Shown one piece after another: positions 23,115-35,587 of a stretch of 64,000 nt of DNA. A program made the position numbers and the translations under genes. Source of the stretch: Mobula hypostoma (Eukaryota); assembly GCF_963921235.1 (NCBI RefSeq), contig NC_086118.1:12402001-12466000 (forward strand), in the 5' to 3' direction. Positions within the stretch are counted from its first letter, which is position 1; each line of letters opens with the position of its first letter. Under the pieces are notes generated by a model that saw only the letters and a list, made by a program, of their open reading frames with translations, was not told the origin of the DNA and did no database searches.

Positions 23115-25317
23115 CACCAAACCCCACCCCCCACCAACCCCCCATAGCTTTGTGCAGGCAGAACAGACTTACTTTGAATCAGCATCAAATTAGGCACAGA
23201 TATCACAGGCTGAAGGTTCGGTTCCTGTGTGGCACTATTCCAGAGCAACAAACAATCTGCTGGATGAACTCAATGGGTCTGGCGACATCTACAGGAGGCA
23301 AGGAGCCAGGTCCTGGCACGGGCTTTCAACCCCAAAGTCGACAGTTCCTTTCCTCATGCAGATCTCCCAAACTCCTCCAGCGGAATGTTTGCTGCTCCAG
23401 ATTCCAACATCTGTAGTTGCTTGTGTCTCCAGCATACTGTACTGCTCTAAGTTCTAAATATGCCTGGTGTTAGTTAAGATGTATTATGTTATGGGTATAT
23501 TAGTGTGCAAAGGGACACTCTACAGACAACATCTGAATAAACACAGCATGCCTTGCCTGAGCTCCTTGTGCCTCAGCCTGTCCAACTCTGCAGTGGACTT
23601 TGTGGCAGATTAAGAATTGAATAAACACCCATAACTTGCAGTAAATGGTTGCTATAATTGCTAACATATGCATTTGAGAAGCAATGCTACTTTAATAATT
23701 GGCGTAGAAGCTGAGAACCATAATTTCCTCAGCCGAATGGAATTTAAATTGCATTTGAGAAGACATAGATTGCAGATGTGATCTTACTTCAACTTTATAT
23801 CATATCAGGTGGGCTTCTTTGCACACCCAATTTACTCCTTTCTATGAGTGGAGAGCAGTCAAGTGAAGTTGCATTTTTCAGGCCAGGCCAGTCTGTAACC
23901 AACCATCACCAAAAATAATCTTGGCTTTTTATTTCAGAAGGTCTTTGTCATGGATGGCCAGATTTGTCGCTGCCAATCTGGGAAGGCTTTCCCCAGATAC
24001 ATAGAAAATCTGGCCATTCTAATGAAGTTTAAAATCACAATGAGTAACACAATGAAGTGTATTTGGATAGCAATAATAATGACATGTGTTTATCCAGCAG
24101 GACAAAAGCTGCATTGAAGTAAAACATTCCCGATGCTGGAATTCTGAAACAAAACATGAAATGCTGGAATCTCACAGCAGGTTAGGTAGTTTCCATGGAG
24201 AAAGAAGCCAGTTCAAGTCAAACTGTGAATGGTCAACGAAGTAGAAGATCTTAAACAAGGAGCCTGGAGGAAAGGGGCAAAGTGATCAGCGCCAGTTTTG
24301 GCAGAAATATAGCAGAATTAAATGACTGAGGATTTGATGTGGTTACCTGAAGTGGGACAAAGAATACATCTGCTGCAAAATATAGAGCAGTTACTTGTCT
24401 GGTCTCCTCTGACACAATATCATAAACCTGCAGCCCCTACGGCCAAGAAGGAGAAGTATATCTGTGTTCCTTCATGATGGCAGGTCAAAATCTTGGACCT
24501 GTTTACCCAATAGCACGGTGGTGGGACCTTCACCAGGCGGACCACAATGTTTCAATAAAACTGTTCATTCACACCTTTCTAAGGACAGTTAGCAATGGAA
24601 AAGAAACATTCGTCTGGTCAGCAATGACCAAATCCATCAAAAGAGATAAATCAAAATATGAAAGAACTGAAGATGGTTTTATAGAAGTAAAAACAAAGAG
24701 AAAATCAAAAACATTCACGGCAGCTGTTTCTGAAAAGATGGACACAATAGTTCTGATCTGGAATCGTTGAACTCAATAAGAGTGTAGTGAGTAAAGAGCT
24801 GTAACATTGTGTTAGGGTGAGACAAGCTTCTATTGAACCTTGGTAATTAAGTACAGGAGGCCGAGATAGAGATCAGACTCAGACTGGAATAAATTGGCAA
24901 GTGGCTGGAAAAATTGGGATCACGCTTGTTTGCAGAGTAAACAATGGTTCTGCATGAAACAACTGCCTTTTCTGGGTTTGCTCTCTGCACTGAAGAGGAG
25001 AGGGCATCACAAAGAAAATTGGAAGCAGTACAAGTAAATTAGTGTTCCATCTGGAAGGATTTTTGAGGCTCTTGATAAACAAATGTTACATCTCTTAGAT
25101 TATTAGTGAGGTTTTTGGAGATCAGTTTGATTTCATAACATGTCAAATGGTGAACATTCTTCCATGAACTCTAACCTATTTTTATTGTTTCAAATCAAGG
25201 AAGCAGTATCTTGCCAGTTATTTTTAACAATGTCTTATTTCATGAATATTACTCCACATTGCAGTGAAGCAATTTCACTATTTTTAAGCAGCTTGTTAAT
25301 GAGTCAAAAAAAGTCCT

Positions 25318-25575
25318 AAACACGAGAAATCCTGCAGATGCAGGAAACCCAGAGCAACACCAAATACCCATCAGGTAGGAGGTACAGAAACCTGAAGAAG
25401 CACACTCAGCGATTCTTCCCCTCTGCCATCCGATTCCTAAATGGACATTGAAGCCTTGGACACTACCTCACTATTTAAATATACAGTATTTCTGTTTTTA
25501 CGCATTTAAAAAAATCTATTCAATATACTTAATTGATTTAATTGTTTATTTATTATTATGTTTTATTTTATTTAT

Positions 25576-25610
<35 letters not shown>

Positions 25611-25820
25611 TAAATTATGTATTGTATTAAACTGCTGTTGCTAAGTTAATGCATTTCACGTCACATGCCGGTGATAGTAAACCTGATTCTGATTCTGAAA
25701 AATACTGGAGAAACTCAGAAGGTCAGGCAGCATCTATGAGAATGAATAAACAGTTGGTGTTCTGGGCCAAGACCCTACTCCAGGACTGGAAAGGAAGAGG
25801 GAAGATGTCAGAAATAAATA
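25318..25820 (-). mobile_element. Penelope-type terminal fragment with a nested Rex-type 3' fragment (~25368-25697,+) containing (CT)n
   Basis: CACGAGAAATCCTGCAGATGC...GAAACTCAGAAGGTCAGGCAGCATCTATG matches the other PLE ends. The nested piece ends in (ATTCTG)n and is flanked by AAATAC on both sides. Confidence 0.7.
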
Positions 25821-25986
25821 AATCCTTTATTTTGGTCCCGATCACAATTTTGCTGTATTTAAGGTATAAATGTATTAATGGTGCCATCTGCTGGAATCTT
25901 TAGAATTACAACCTTACTTGAGCATATTGAATTCCAAATTACTGTGAAACAACTGAAGAAGGCTGAGAGAGTTCAAGTAAAATGTA

Positions 25987-26294
25987 CGATCCTGTGCAAA
26001 AGTCTTATAACCAGGGTGCCTAAGCTGTTTTGCATAGTACTGTACAGCTACTGCAAAAAAAAAATTCATGACATATATGAGTGATGATAAACCTGATTCT
26101 GATGTGGGTCTTTTTTGTGGACTGAGAGTTGGAAGGGGCAGGGAGAGGAGAATCACGGTTGGGAAACGGGGAAGGGAGGGGTAGGGGAGGGAGCAGGAAG
26201 CACCAGAGACACATTCTGTGATGATCAATAAACCAGTTGTTTGGAATCAAAGGATACAGTGTATATATATGCTTAAGACTTTTGCACAGTACTG
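25987..26294. mobile_element. Tc1/mariner-like MITE with TIR CAGTACTGTGCAAAAGTCTTA, including a LINE-tail passenger
   Basis: CTGTGCAAAAGTCTTA at ~25992-26007, inverted copies ending at 26042 and 26294, each end bordered by TA. Confidence 0.65.
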
Positions 26295-28180
26295 TATGTT
26301 TGCTGGCAGCATACAGATAAACAGGAAGATCTAATGAACTATAGGAACAGGCAGGTACTGAACCCTTTGAGTTTGCTGCTCCTGTTATTAGCCTTGTCAC
26401 TGTGACTGTAGTCTCACCTCAATTACAAAATTTAAAAGAAGAATTTGGGACCCCAAAACTCAACAGCTTTTTGAAACAGAAAGTTCATAAATCCCATGCT
26501 CCCCACGAGAAGAATTATTTTCTCCTCTGTCCTCTAAACAGATTAAATCTAAATTTTATTCCTTTATTCTGGGTTCTCACATCAGAGGCAACAGTTTTTT
26601 TTATTGATTCCATCAAATCCTTTAATCTCCTGTACTCCAGGGAATCTAAACATTATCAATGCACCCAATCCTCGCCATTTAGACCTTTCACAACATGTTG
26701 TTGCAGCAATGTCAGCCCTGGTGTTATTACAGTTGAACTCTCACCAAGGGTAGCACATCCTCCCTGAGAAGCAGAGGCTGAAATTGAAAGAGTATTGAAA
26801 TGGAGTGAAAACTTGTACTTTCTTCAAATTGATGTCTGCCTCTTTGAATAAAGAACATTGATTTTCCAAGGTCTTACTGGGTTCCTAACTTTGTGCCTTT
26901 TAGAAATTACATTGATTAAACTATGTAGGCTTGACTCAAGTGTACAATCTCATTCCTCCCTACTTTATGTACATGTTGCCAAATTCTCAACAACTGCAGA
27001 TGAGAGAATATGCAAGCATATGTACAGAATTGCACACTAGGAGAAACATAAGGAATGGCACTTGACTAGTTGCTGACAAGATTAAGGGTAAGTTTAAAGT
27101 AAACTTAAGTATCACAGAGAGATACACCTTGGCAACTGGTCCTTTGGTCCATCTAGTCTCTGCTGAGCATCAACCACTGTTTTCCATGAATTTGACATTA
27201 ATCCATTTTTTAATTTTCTTCATATTTTCATCTGCTACCAAATTACCCACCTCTGTATCCACCATTCAGTTACACCTAACACTGGTGATAAAAAACGGTA
27301 GTCAGTGAACCTACGCCTCTAAGACGTAGGTGGAAATCTGAGTATTTGAAGGTAAGGGAAAATGTGAAAACTCTGCATAGACATCACCTGATGTCAACAC
27401 TTGGAGAATATAATTCTGGAATCACTGAAGAGGAACTGGACAGTGATGGAACTTTCTCAACTGACTAGCCTAAATGAGATAAATGATCCTCCATTTTCAT
27501 CTATACGTTGTTTACCTCGTACTTTAGATGGACTCAGTTCTCACTGGAACCTCTAGTCTTGCAGCACTCAAATCTCATACCTGGAAGAGGAGTAACACCA
27601 AATCACAGTGAGGCTGTCTCACCGTTTCCAGTTGCAGGAGTTCCACGTGCTGAGGTAGGGTGGTCAGAAACCTATTCCTTTAACTTTACATCCAAACTTC
27701 AGGGTTGGTTTATAATTTGGTCTAAATGATTCAGCAGTGAGCTGAATGGCCTGTTCTTGTGATGTACTGTTAATTCCACACTTGAACTACCCTTTGAGGT
27801 CCAGCTTTTCAATGATGACAGTTGGATGTGGAAGGAGTTGGGGCCGATCCCTGCTTAACACAGTTTGAGTCATGCTGCAGCTGTTTTTTGCTTCTAAGAT
27901 ATGTATGTATGCGATTATTGGACAGATGTTACATTAACCTGTCCTTTCCTGGACAATTCAGTCAAAGCCTGTTAACAGTCAATGTGCTGGAGAGAAGTGC
28001 ACAGCCATATAAGAAGGCAGGAGAATGGAGTTGAGAGGGAACTGGATCAGCCATGATCAAATGGTGGAGCAGACTCAATGGGCTGAATGGCCTAATTCTG
28101 CTCCTATGTCTTATGACCTTATGATCTACACCCTGGCCAAACCCCTCAGTTTCTTTAGGAAGAATGACCAAAAGGGTAAT

Positions 28181-28183
<3 letters not shown>

Positions 28184-28213
<30 letters not shown>
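28184..28213. repeat. (AC)n microsatellite
   Basis: Directly visible. Confidence 0.97.
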
Positions 28214-28215
<2 letters not shown>

Positions 28216-30387
28216 ATTAAATAACCACTTATTTTCTGGGCTGACAGAACATTGCAAAAGATGTATGAGAGTATCAACATCATTGATATTGCCTCTATAT
28301 TTGCACTGTGAATTCTACAGAGTGGATAGAAATTGGGAAATAGTCACACATCTGTCCTTATCCTAATGAGCACTGAAACAGCCTTTAGAAATTATGTCCT
28401 CTCCAAAAAGGTTTGAACAGCGAGCTAATGGATCACTAATTGTGAAATCAATACCCATTACACTGCTGTCAGTCTTATTCTTTATAGATTGGTAAGGCCG
28501 ATTCATCAGAGTCAATTAGATAATATATAAAGGTCCAAATAAAAATATAATGACTTTCTCCTATTATCACATTTATTTCTAACTGATGATGAAGATGATT
28601 TCAGTGTCAGGAACAATTGACAGGAGTGATGGAGATGGAACACTTTTTAACGGTACTACCACATTCTGCAGAGAAGATGTCATGCATTGTAAACCAGACT
28701 AGAATAAACCAGTGATGTATATATTAAGACTTTGTATACAGGAGACTGTTCTTTTCAACTGAAGAGGAAGAGTTAAAAAAAAAAGCAAGAAAGAAATTAT
28801 ACATCTTTTATCTCATGGAGAAGCTGAGCCCATGTTGTATGTAAATACAAATCAAAGTCCTGGCTCTTTTTATAAAGCTGGGTCCGTGAAAGAGTGAAAT
28901 GTACTGTACGCAGAGTGATAGAGGACTACTGCATGGAAACAGGCCCATCAGCCAATGCTATCCATGCCATCCAAGTTGCCTACTTGAGCTAGTTCCAGTT
29001 GGTTGTGCTTGGTCATATCACTCTAAACCTTCCCTAACCATGTATCTATCCAATGTCTTTTAAACTTGGCAACTAATGTTGTAATGTGAACAAAGTCACT
29101 GGAGACAGACTGAAGCAGGTGGATTTAGAGTATTTTATTCAAAAAAAAATGAGCAGCAGGCTTCATATTGAGGAGGAAGAGGCTTGTCAACCCTATATTA
29201 CATGACATGCTGAGGTTCAAAGGACGATTCTATAATCACAATGCATCTACAATGCTTCCTTTAAATTACATGTAATTTTTGCATACCTCCTTCTTCATAC
29301 ACTCACTTCAGACACCAAAAATGAGTGTTAATCAGTACTGTCTAGTTATTCAGTTACCTGCTGTCCACAGCTCTAGGTACCTATTGTCCAGGACTGCATT
29401 TTAAATTTAATCGACAAGCTAAGCTCAGATATAAAGATTGGTTTCTGAAGTTAATATTTTGCTGTATAACCTAACTCCAGAATACTCTGCATACAAAGCT
29501 TTCTCTGGCATTTCATTTCATTCCATATATACCCAGGCCCCTTTTAAAAATTATACGGGGTTTCTGTTGAAAATATGTGGTATTCACTGCAATAATATTG
29601 AACTAAATACATTCTCTCTATAAGGTACATAATTGCAAAGGTTCTTATGTTGCATTTGATGTTTTATCACTATAGCTGTGTTTATTCTGATTATGAGATG
29701 GACTCTCACAGCTTTGGTGGACTAAATGCTCTGACATGTATGACAAGAATTTTACCTTTGAATTTAACAGCCACTTTCAGCAACTGGGTTTACTTTTCAT
29801 GGTCAGACCTTGAGAAGTCATGATAGTCTTTACTTAGAACTAGAACAGAGAATGACATTAATTTCAAGAGTACCCTCCTTAACCTTAGGCAGCATCCAAA
29901 GCATTTTAGAGCTAATTAAATGACTTTGAAAGTTGGTGGCTTATGTAATGGAGAAAAAAGCAACTATTTATTCACACCAATCTCCCACAAACAATAATAA
30001 TGACCAGGTTTAATCCTTGTTTAATATTTAATTGGAGATAAAGTTAGACTAAGAAAATTATGGAGCCCTTATCCAAAATACTTCTGTTGGATCATTCGTA
30101 CCCTTATCAGAAAGACAGGAACTCTGGCACAGTGACACCAGAACACTCGCTTGGTATTGCATTGTCATTGTGGTCTGGGTTTGAACTCTCCTTTCTGCAT
30201 CAAATGTTCAACGCAGACCCTTTTGCCTCATGTAGGGCTGTGTGTCTCCTGGCCAATTCATATTTCCTATGGGCAGTTGTTGTGGTCAAGATCAGACTAG
30301 GGATCTTTAGCAAATGACAGCAAAAAAACCATTTTAATGGCGAAATATAAAACTTCAAATCTTTCTCAGCATCTAGTCTACAGGATT

Positions 30388-31438
30388 TGTACATGGCCTA
30401 TCAGCGGTGTCAACAGAGCTCTACCAAGAGGGATTTCTCACAGGTTGGCGTCAAGTACTTGAAAAGAGAGCTTCGAGAGCATTTGTCCATTGTATGTGGC
30501 CTATCAGCGGCGTCAACAGAGCTCTATGAACTAAATAAAAGTACAGAAGGGATAAGCGGAGCGGCCATTGTCGGAGTAGGCCAGTGGTGAGAGTAAAAGT
30601 GACAAGCTTTGGATCAAACCAGGCTTCGGCTCAGAGGAGGCGTCGGCTCTGGGTAAAGCATCTGTTAAGGTTTCCTTTTGGTTTTTTCCCCCCTAACTGT
30701 ACTATTTAAATGGGTGTGGTGTGCTCTTTGTACTGGATGTTGGAGAACTGGGAGACCCAGAGTCTCCCAGGGAACTACATCTGCATGAAGAGCATCCGGC
30801 TACAGCTCCTTGAGGACCGTGTTAGGGATCTGGAGCAGGAACTGGATGACCGTCGGCTTGTACGGGAAAGCGAGGATATAATTGATCGAAGTTACAGGAT
30901 GATATTCACCCCAAAGTTGCAGGAAGTGAGTAGCGGGGTGACCGTCAGGAGAAATGGGAATAAGCAGATAGAGCAGAGCATCCTTGTGGCCATTCCCCTC
31001 AAAAACAAGTATACCGCTTTGTATTCTTTTGCGGGGGATGACCTCCTAGGAGAACGCCATGGTGACCGGGTTACTGGCACTGAGCATGGGTCCGTGGTGC
31101 AGAAGGGAAAGAGAGAGAAGGAGGGAGCAGTAGTGATAGGGCTTGATAGTGAGGGGAACAGACAGGAGATTCTGTGGAGGTAAACAGGACCAGGTTGCCT
31201 CCCAGGTGCTAGGGTCAGGGATGTCTCAGATCATGTCCACAACATTTTGGAGAGGGAGGGGGAGCAGTCAGATGTCTTGGTACAAATTGGTACCAATGAC
31301 ATAGGAAGGAAAAGCAGTGGGGCCATGAAAAGAGAATTTAGAGAGCTAGGTAGAAAGCTGAGAAGCAGAACCTCCCGGGTAGTAATTTCTGGATTGTTGC
31401 CTGTGCCACATGCCAGTGAGGGTAGAATCAGGATAATT
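30388..31438 (+). mobile_element. CR1 5' region: 5' UTR plus decayed ORF1 (Zn-finger/leucine zipper and SGNH esterase), 3'-truncated
   Basis: ORF 30710..31183 (VVC...YICMKSIRLQLLEDRVRDLEQELDD) and ORF 31247..31474 (VLVQIGTNDIGRK...VVISGLLPVP). GGAGCGGCCATT motif in the UTR. Confidence 0.8.
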
Positions 31439-34400
31439 TGGTATGCTATTATATACTTGTACATGCACTCATGAGCAGACGATTAAAGTTGGTGCTCATG
31501 CGCTGTTGTTTTTATCTGAAATATCTGTCTCGAAACACAGTGGCAACGGTGGGGCTCGGAAAATTGCTTTTTTCAACCACAACACCTGATTTTTTCAACT
31601 TGCAGTTGGCAGCATAATAATAGCACAACTCTGAAGCATCGGAGGGTGAGTGTAGGAGTTGAAAAATGTCGACCAAGATGAGCAACCAGCCACAAATAGA
31701 GATGGGTGCAGTAGCAATGCCTGGAGGTGAGACAGTAGAATCTCAGTGGCACCCAGCACCCGTGGGTGACCCTGTGCCGGGGAACCATGGTCGGGGCAGA
31801 AGTCCTCCCCCAGTCAGCGGCATCCGCCCGCCACCGGCCGTGACAGTCAACCACGGAGTGATAGACGGATGGAAGACATGGCGGCAGATGTGGAATAACT
31901 ACAGCGTCATAGCACAACTGCACGAACAAGCTCCAGCATACCAGTCGGCATTATTTTTGCATACAATTGGACTGTCAGAACTTGAGGTCTGCAACAGTTT
32001 TGTGTTCGCAGATGAGGCTGAAGGCCAAGACTTCACAAAGATTTTAGCTGCATTAGACAAATGTGCTATCGGTGAGAAAAATGAGACATATGAACGGTAC
32101 TTGTTCAACAAGCGGCAACAAGAACAAGGTGAGACCTTTGAATCGTTTTTTGCCAGCCTTAGATCTCTTGCAAAGACGCGTAATTTTTGCTTGTGTATGT
32201 CAGACAGTCTGCTGAGAGGCAAAATCGTACTGGGCATTAACGACTCCCAAACCTGAAAACGTCTGTTACAATAGAGAAAACTATTGGTCAATGTCTGCAT
32301 TGACATCTGTAAAAGCACAGAAATGGCGGAATCACACCTGCAAGCATTCAGTACAGCTGCAGAAAGCAGGTCCGCTATTGTCCATGGGATCAGACCTTGC
32401 ACTAACAAGAAAGGTTCAAAGCATCCTGGACAGAAGACCAGTGCTGGTGGTGGAGGCAGAGCAAAAGGCACCTTGAACAGCCACAGAAGCAAAGTGAACC
32501 CTTGCAGGTACTGTGGCACGGAACATGCAAGAGACAAGCAACAATACCCAGCATACGGACAGGTGTGCAAGGCGTGTGGCATTCGAAATCACTTTGCAAA
32601 GGTATGCAAGCAGAAGCCCGTGCGTGGGGTGGAAGCACAAAGCGATGGCCAAACCGACAGTGACAGCAGCACCGAGATTATTGACAACGTCATACTGGTG
32701 GTCAACAGTTTGAGGATAAAGGATGATGTATTCGCACAGACGCTCATCAATGGAAAGCCAATAGACTTCCAAGTGGACAGCGTGGCGAGCGTTAACATTT
32801 TACCTCACAAACACTTGGAGGGAGTAGACCACACACTAAGACAATGCACAAAACAGCTGATGATGTGGAACAAGACCACCATGGATGCAGAAGGGATGTG
32901 CAGAGTGAAATTGCGTAACCCCATGACGAACTGCAAGTATTCTGTCGAATCTGTCGTGGCTACTGACGACTTCACACCACTGCTGGGAAGCAGGGCCAAC
33001 CAGCAAATGAAGCTGTTTATGGTCAATGATGACAACTTTTGCAGGGAGCATGCATCTAAACTTAAAGAAAAATAATGCGCACCAGAAGAATGCTATGCAG
33101 AGGTGTTCGATGATACGCTCGGGGAGCTTCCGGGTGCAGCCCACCTGCAGATTGATGAGGAAATTCAACCCACAGTGTAACCCCTACAACGCCTACCACA
33201 TGCTATGAAGCGGAAAGTGAAAGCTGAGCTTGATCAACTGGTAGACAGCAAGGTGGTAGCTCCAGTCCATGAACCTACGAGGTGGGTTAGCCAGTTAGTG
33301 GTCACAGAGAAGAAGAACGGCAATCTTCGTATATGCATTGACCCTTGACCATTGAACAAAGCACTGAGGAAAGAATGCTGTCCCCTTCTGGTGATAGAGG
33401 ACATTTTCCAGGTCTTGACCAGGCTAAGGTTTTCAGCAAGCTTGATATGAGTTCTGCATTCTGGCAAGTGAAATTGGACAGTGAATCAAGCGTGCTCACC
33501 ACTTTCAACACACCTTTCAGGTGGTATAGATGGCTCAGACTCCGTTTGGAACCAACGTTTCATCAGAGGTCTTCCAGCACAGGCTGCATCAGGCGCTAGA
33601 AGGACTATCTGGAGTGATCTGTGTCGCAGAGGACATTCTGGTGTATGGAAAAGGGGAAACGCAGGAAAAGGTAATCGCCGATCATGATATGAAACTTGAG
33701 CAGCTAATTACAACGTTGTGCAGGGCAGCACATCAGGCTCAACAAGAACAGATCTGTCTTCAGAGCGACAGAGATACCCTTTTTGGGGCATCACATCACA
33801 AGTGAGGGACTTCAGCCTAATCCTAAAAAGGTCGCTGACGTTCTCAACATGCCAGCACCCACGGATATGCAGGGAGTGCAGCGATTGATCGGATTTGTCA
33901 ACTACCTGAGCTGTTTTCCACCAAGTCTCTCAGATACCCTTGAGCCAGTAAGACAGCTGACAAAGCCAGATGTAACATGGGAAATGCTCTCTCCAAGATC
34001 AAGCGGATGGTATCTGAAGCAATGGTGTTAGCATATTTCAGTTCTAAGGAAGAGCTAACCATCCAATGTGACGCCAGCAACAAAGGCCTAGGGGCAGCAC
34101 TCTTCCAGAATGGACGTCCGATCGCATATGAAAGCAGAGCGCTAACGGACACAGAAACGCGTTACGCAGCGATCGAAGAGGAAATGCTCGCAATTGTTTT
34201 TGCGCTTGACATTTTCATCAATACACTTCTGGCCGCTTCACAAGAATACTCAGCGATCACAAGCCGCTCAAAATGATAGTTAAGAAGCCGCTGGTGAAGG
34301 CATCAAGGTGCCTACAGGGAATGCTTCTTCGCCTGCAGCGCTACGACTTTGACATCACCTACTGTCACGGAAAGCTCATGCACCTCGTGGATATGCTATC

Positions 34401-34560
34401 ACGAGCAGTTAACGTCACTCCGGGCCAGGAAAACAGCTTCGATGAAGTCAACATACTATCGCACTTGCCAATCCGCAATGAGCGTCTAAAGCAGGTTCGC
34501 ATGGAAACAGCAAAAGATGACACACTACAGATGTTGAAATGCATAATCATCAGTGGATAG
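31439..34560 (+). mobile_element. Decayed Ty3/Gypsy LTR retrotransposon A (partial 5' LTR, PBS, gag, protease, RT, RNase H; integrase and 3' LTR missing)
   Basis: LTR end ...AAACACA at 31539 with ATTAAA at 31482. PBS-like TGGCAACGGTGGGG at 31541. Gag with CRYC..H / CKACGIRNHFAKVC knuckles, protease FQVDSVASVNIL, RT LDMSSAFWQV and CVAEDILVYG, RNase H CDAS...RYAAIEEEMLA. Multiple stops and frameshifts. Confidence 0.92.
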
Positions 34561-35514
34561 ACGCTTAGTAGCATCTTTACCACGCACGGGGTAGTCAAAG
34601 ATCTTTCTCATTTTGGCGATAAAGGTGGGGAAGGAAGAGCAGATATCCAGCTGATTATCTCAAACAGCTGTAGCCCACGCTAAGGCACTTTCCTGCAACA
34701 ACCCCATGATATAAGCTATCTTTGACTTATCCATGGAGTCTGTGGATGACTGCTGTTCGAACACCAAGGAGCATTGCAGAAGGAAGGCCTGGCACTTCCC
34801 CAAATCCCCAGCGTAGTGTTCTGGTTCAGGTATGTGCAGCTCTCTTGGCGGGGGTGTGATGACACGTACGGGGTTGCCACTACAGGCTGTCTGGGCTGGT
34901 TAGGCAGAGTTCCAGGAGTGGATGGGATAAAAAGAGTAGCTACACAGTCCACCTGGTCACTGATCTTTGTTACATTAGCAGACAGGGAACGGAGATTCTC
35001 CATGACATCCCAGAGGAGCTGATTGTGCAGACCCAGTAGGGTGCCCTGGCTGGCGAGAGCTTGTTGCAGGGTATTCATGTCTGCTGGGTCCATTGTGGCT
35101 AGAACATTCTGTTGCAATGAGTGAATGAAGCGAATCCAAATGCAGGACACAGGCACGGAGATTGAGTTAGGATGTTTACATGGACATGAACGTTGGACAC
35201 CAAACAGGAGGGATCTTGACACAGGGCCTTGACACAGAGAGACGGAGATTCACAGGTAAACCTTGAAACTGGAGCAAAACTAAGAACACATGGTCCTAAG
35301 TGGCCGGGAAATGTTAATTACCACACAGGCAAAACCAACGATCTGGCGACTAGTGGTTGTAACATCAGGGTTCTCATGCTGCAGGTCTTGATGGAAATCA
35401 GGTGTGCCGCCATCAAAGAGAATAAGAAGCAAATGGGAAATTAGCGGTCAGAACCGTAGCACAATCAAAGGAAATTAGGAAAAAGATAGGAAATTAATGA
35501 TCGGGACTGTGACA
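34561..35514 (-). mobile_element. Decayed Sushi/PEG10-like Gypsy element B (5' LTR 35110-35514 plus gag N-terminus)
   Basis: Minus-strand LTR TGTCACAG...TTGCAACA. Gag starts at ATG ~35093 (MDPADMNTLQQALASQG...) and after a frameshift reads PEHYAGDLGKCQAFLLQCSLVFEQQ...KIAYIMGLL...ALAWATA. Confidence 0.85.
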
Positions 35515-35587
35515 ACAGTTACAGTTTGCCACTTCACACTTCCTTTCCTTGCAATGTTGCTCAATGCAGTTTGAAAGTAGGGATTTT

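Noticed and set aside
24400..24770. 98-aa ORF or minus-strand exon
   Set aside because: No recognisable domain, and the minus-strand candidate has stops in all three frames.
27110..27400. Second V-SINE
   Set aside because: Only faint similarity, too decayed to delimit confidently.
29075..29490. Possible solo LTR
   Set aside because: It has a TG start and minus-strand AATAAA, but I could not find a matching CA end or TSD.
34561..35093. Domesticated PEG10/RTL-like gag gene
   Set aside because: It is frameshifted, has an in-frame stop, is truncated and is still attached to its LTR.
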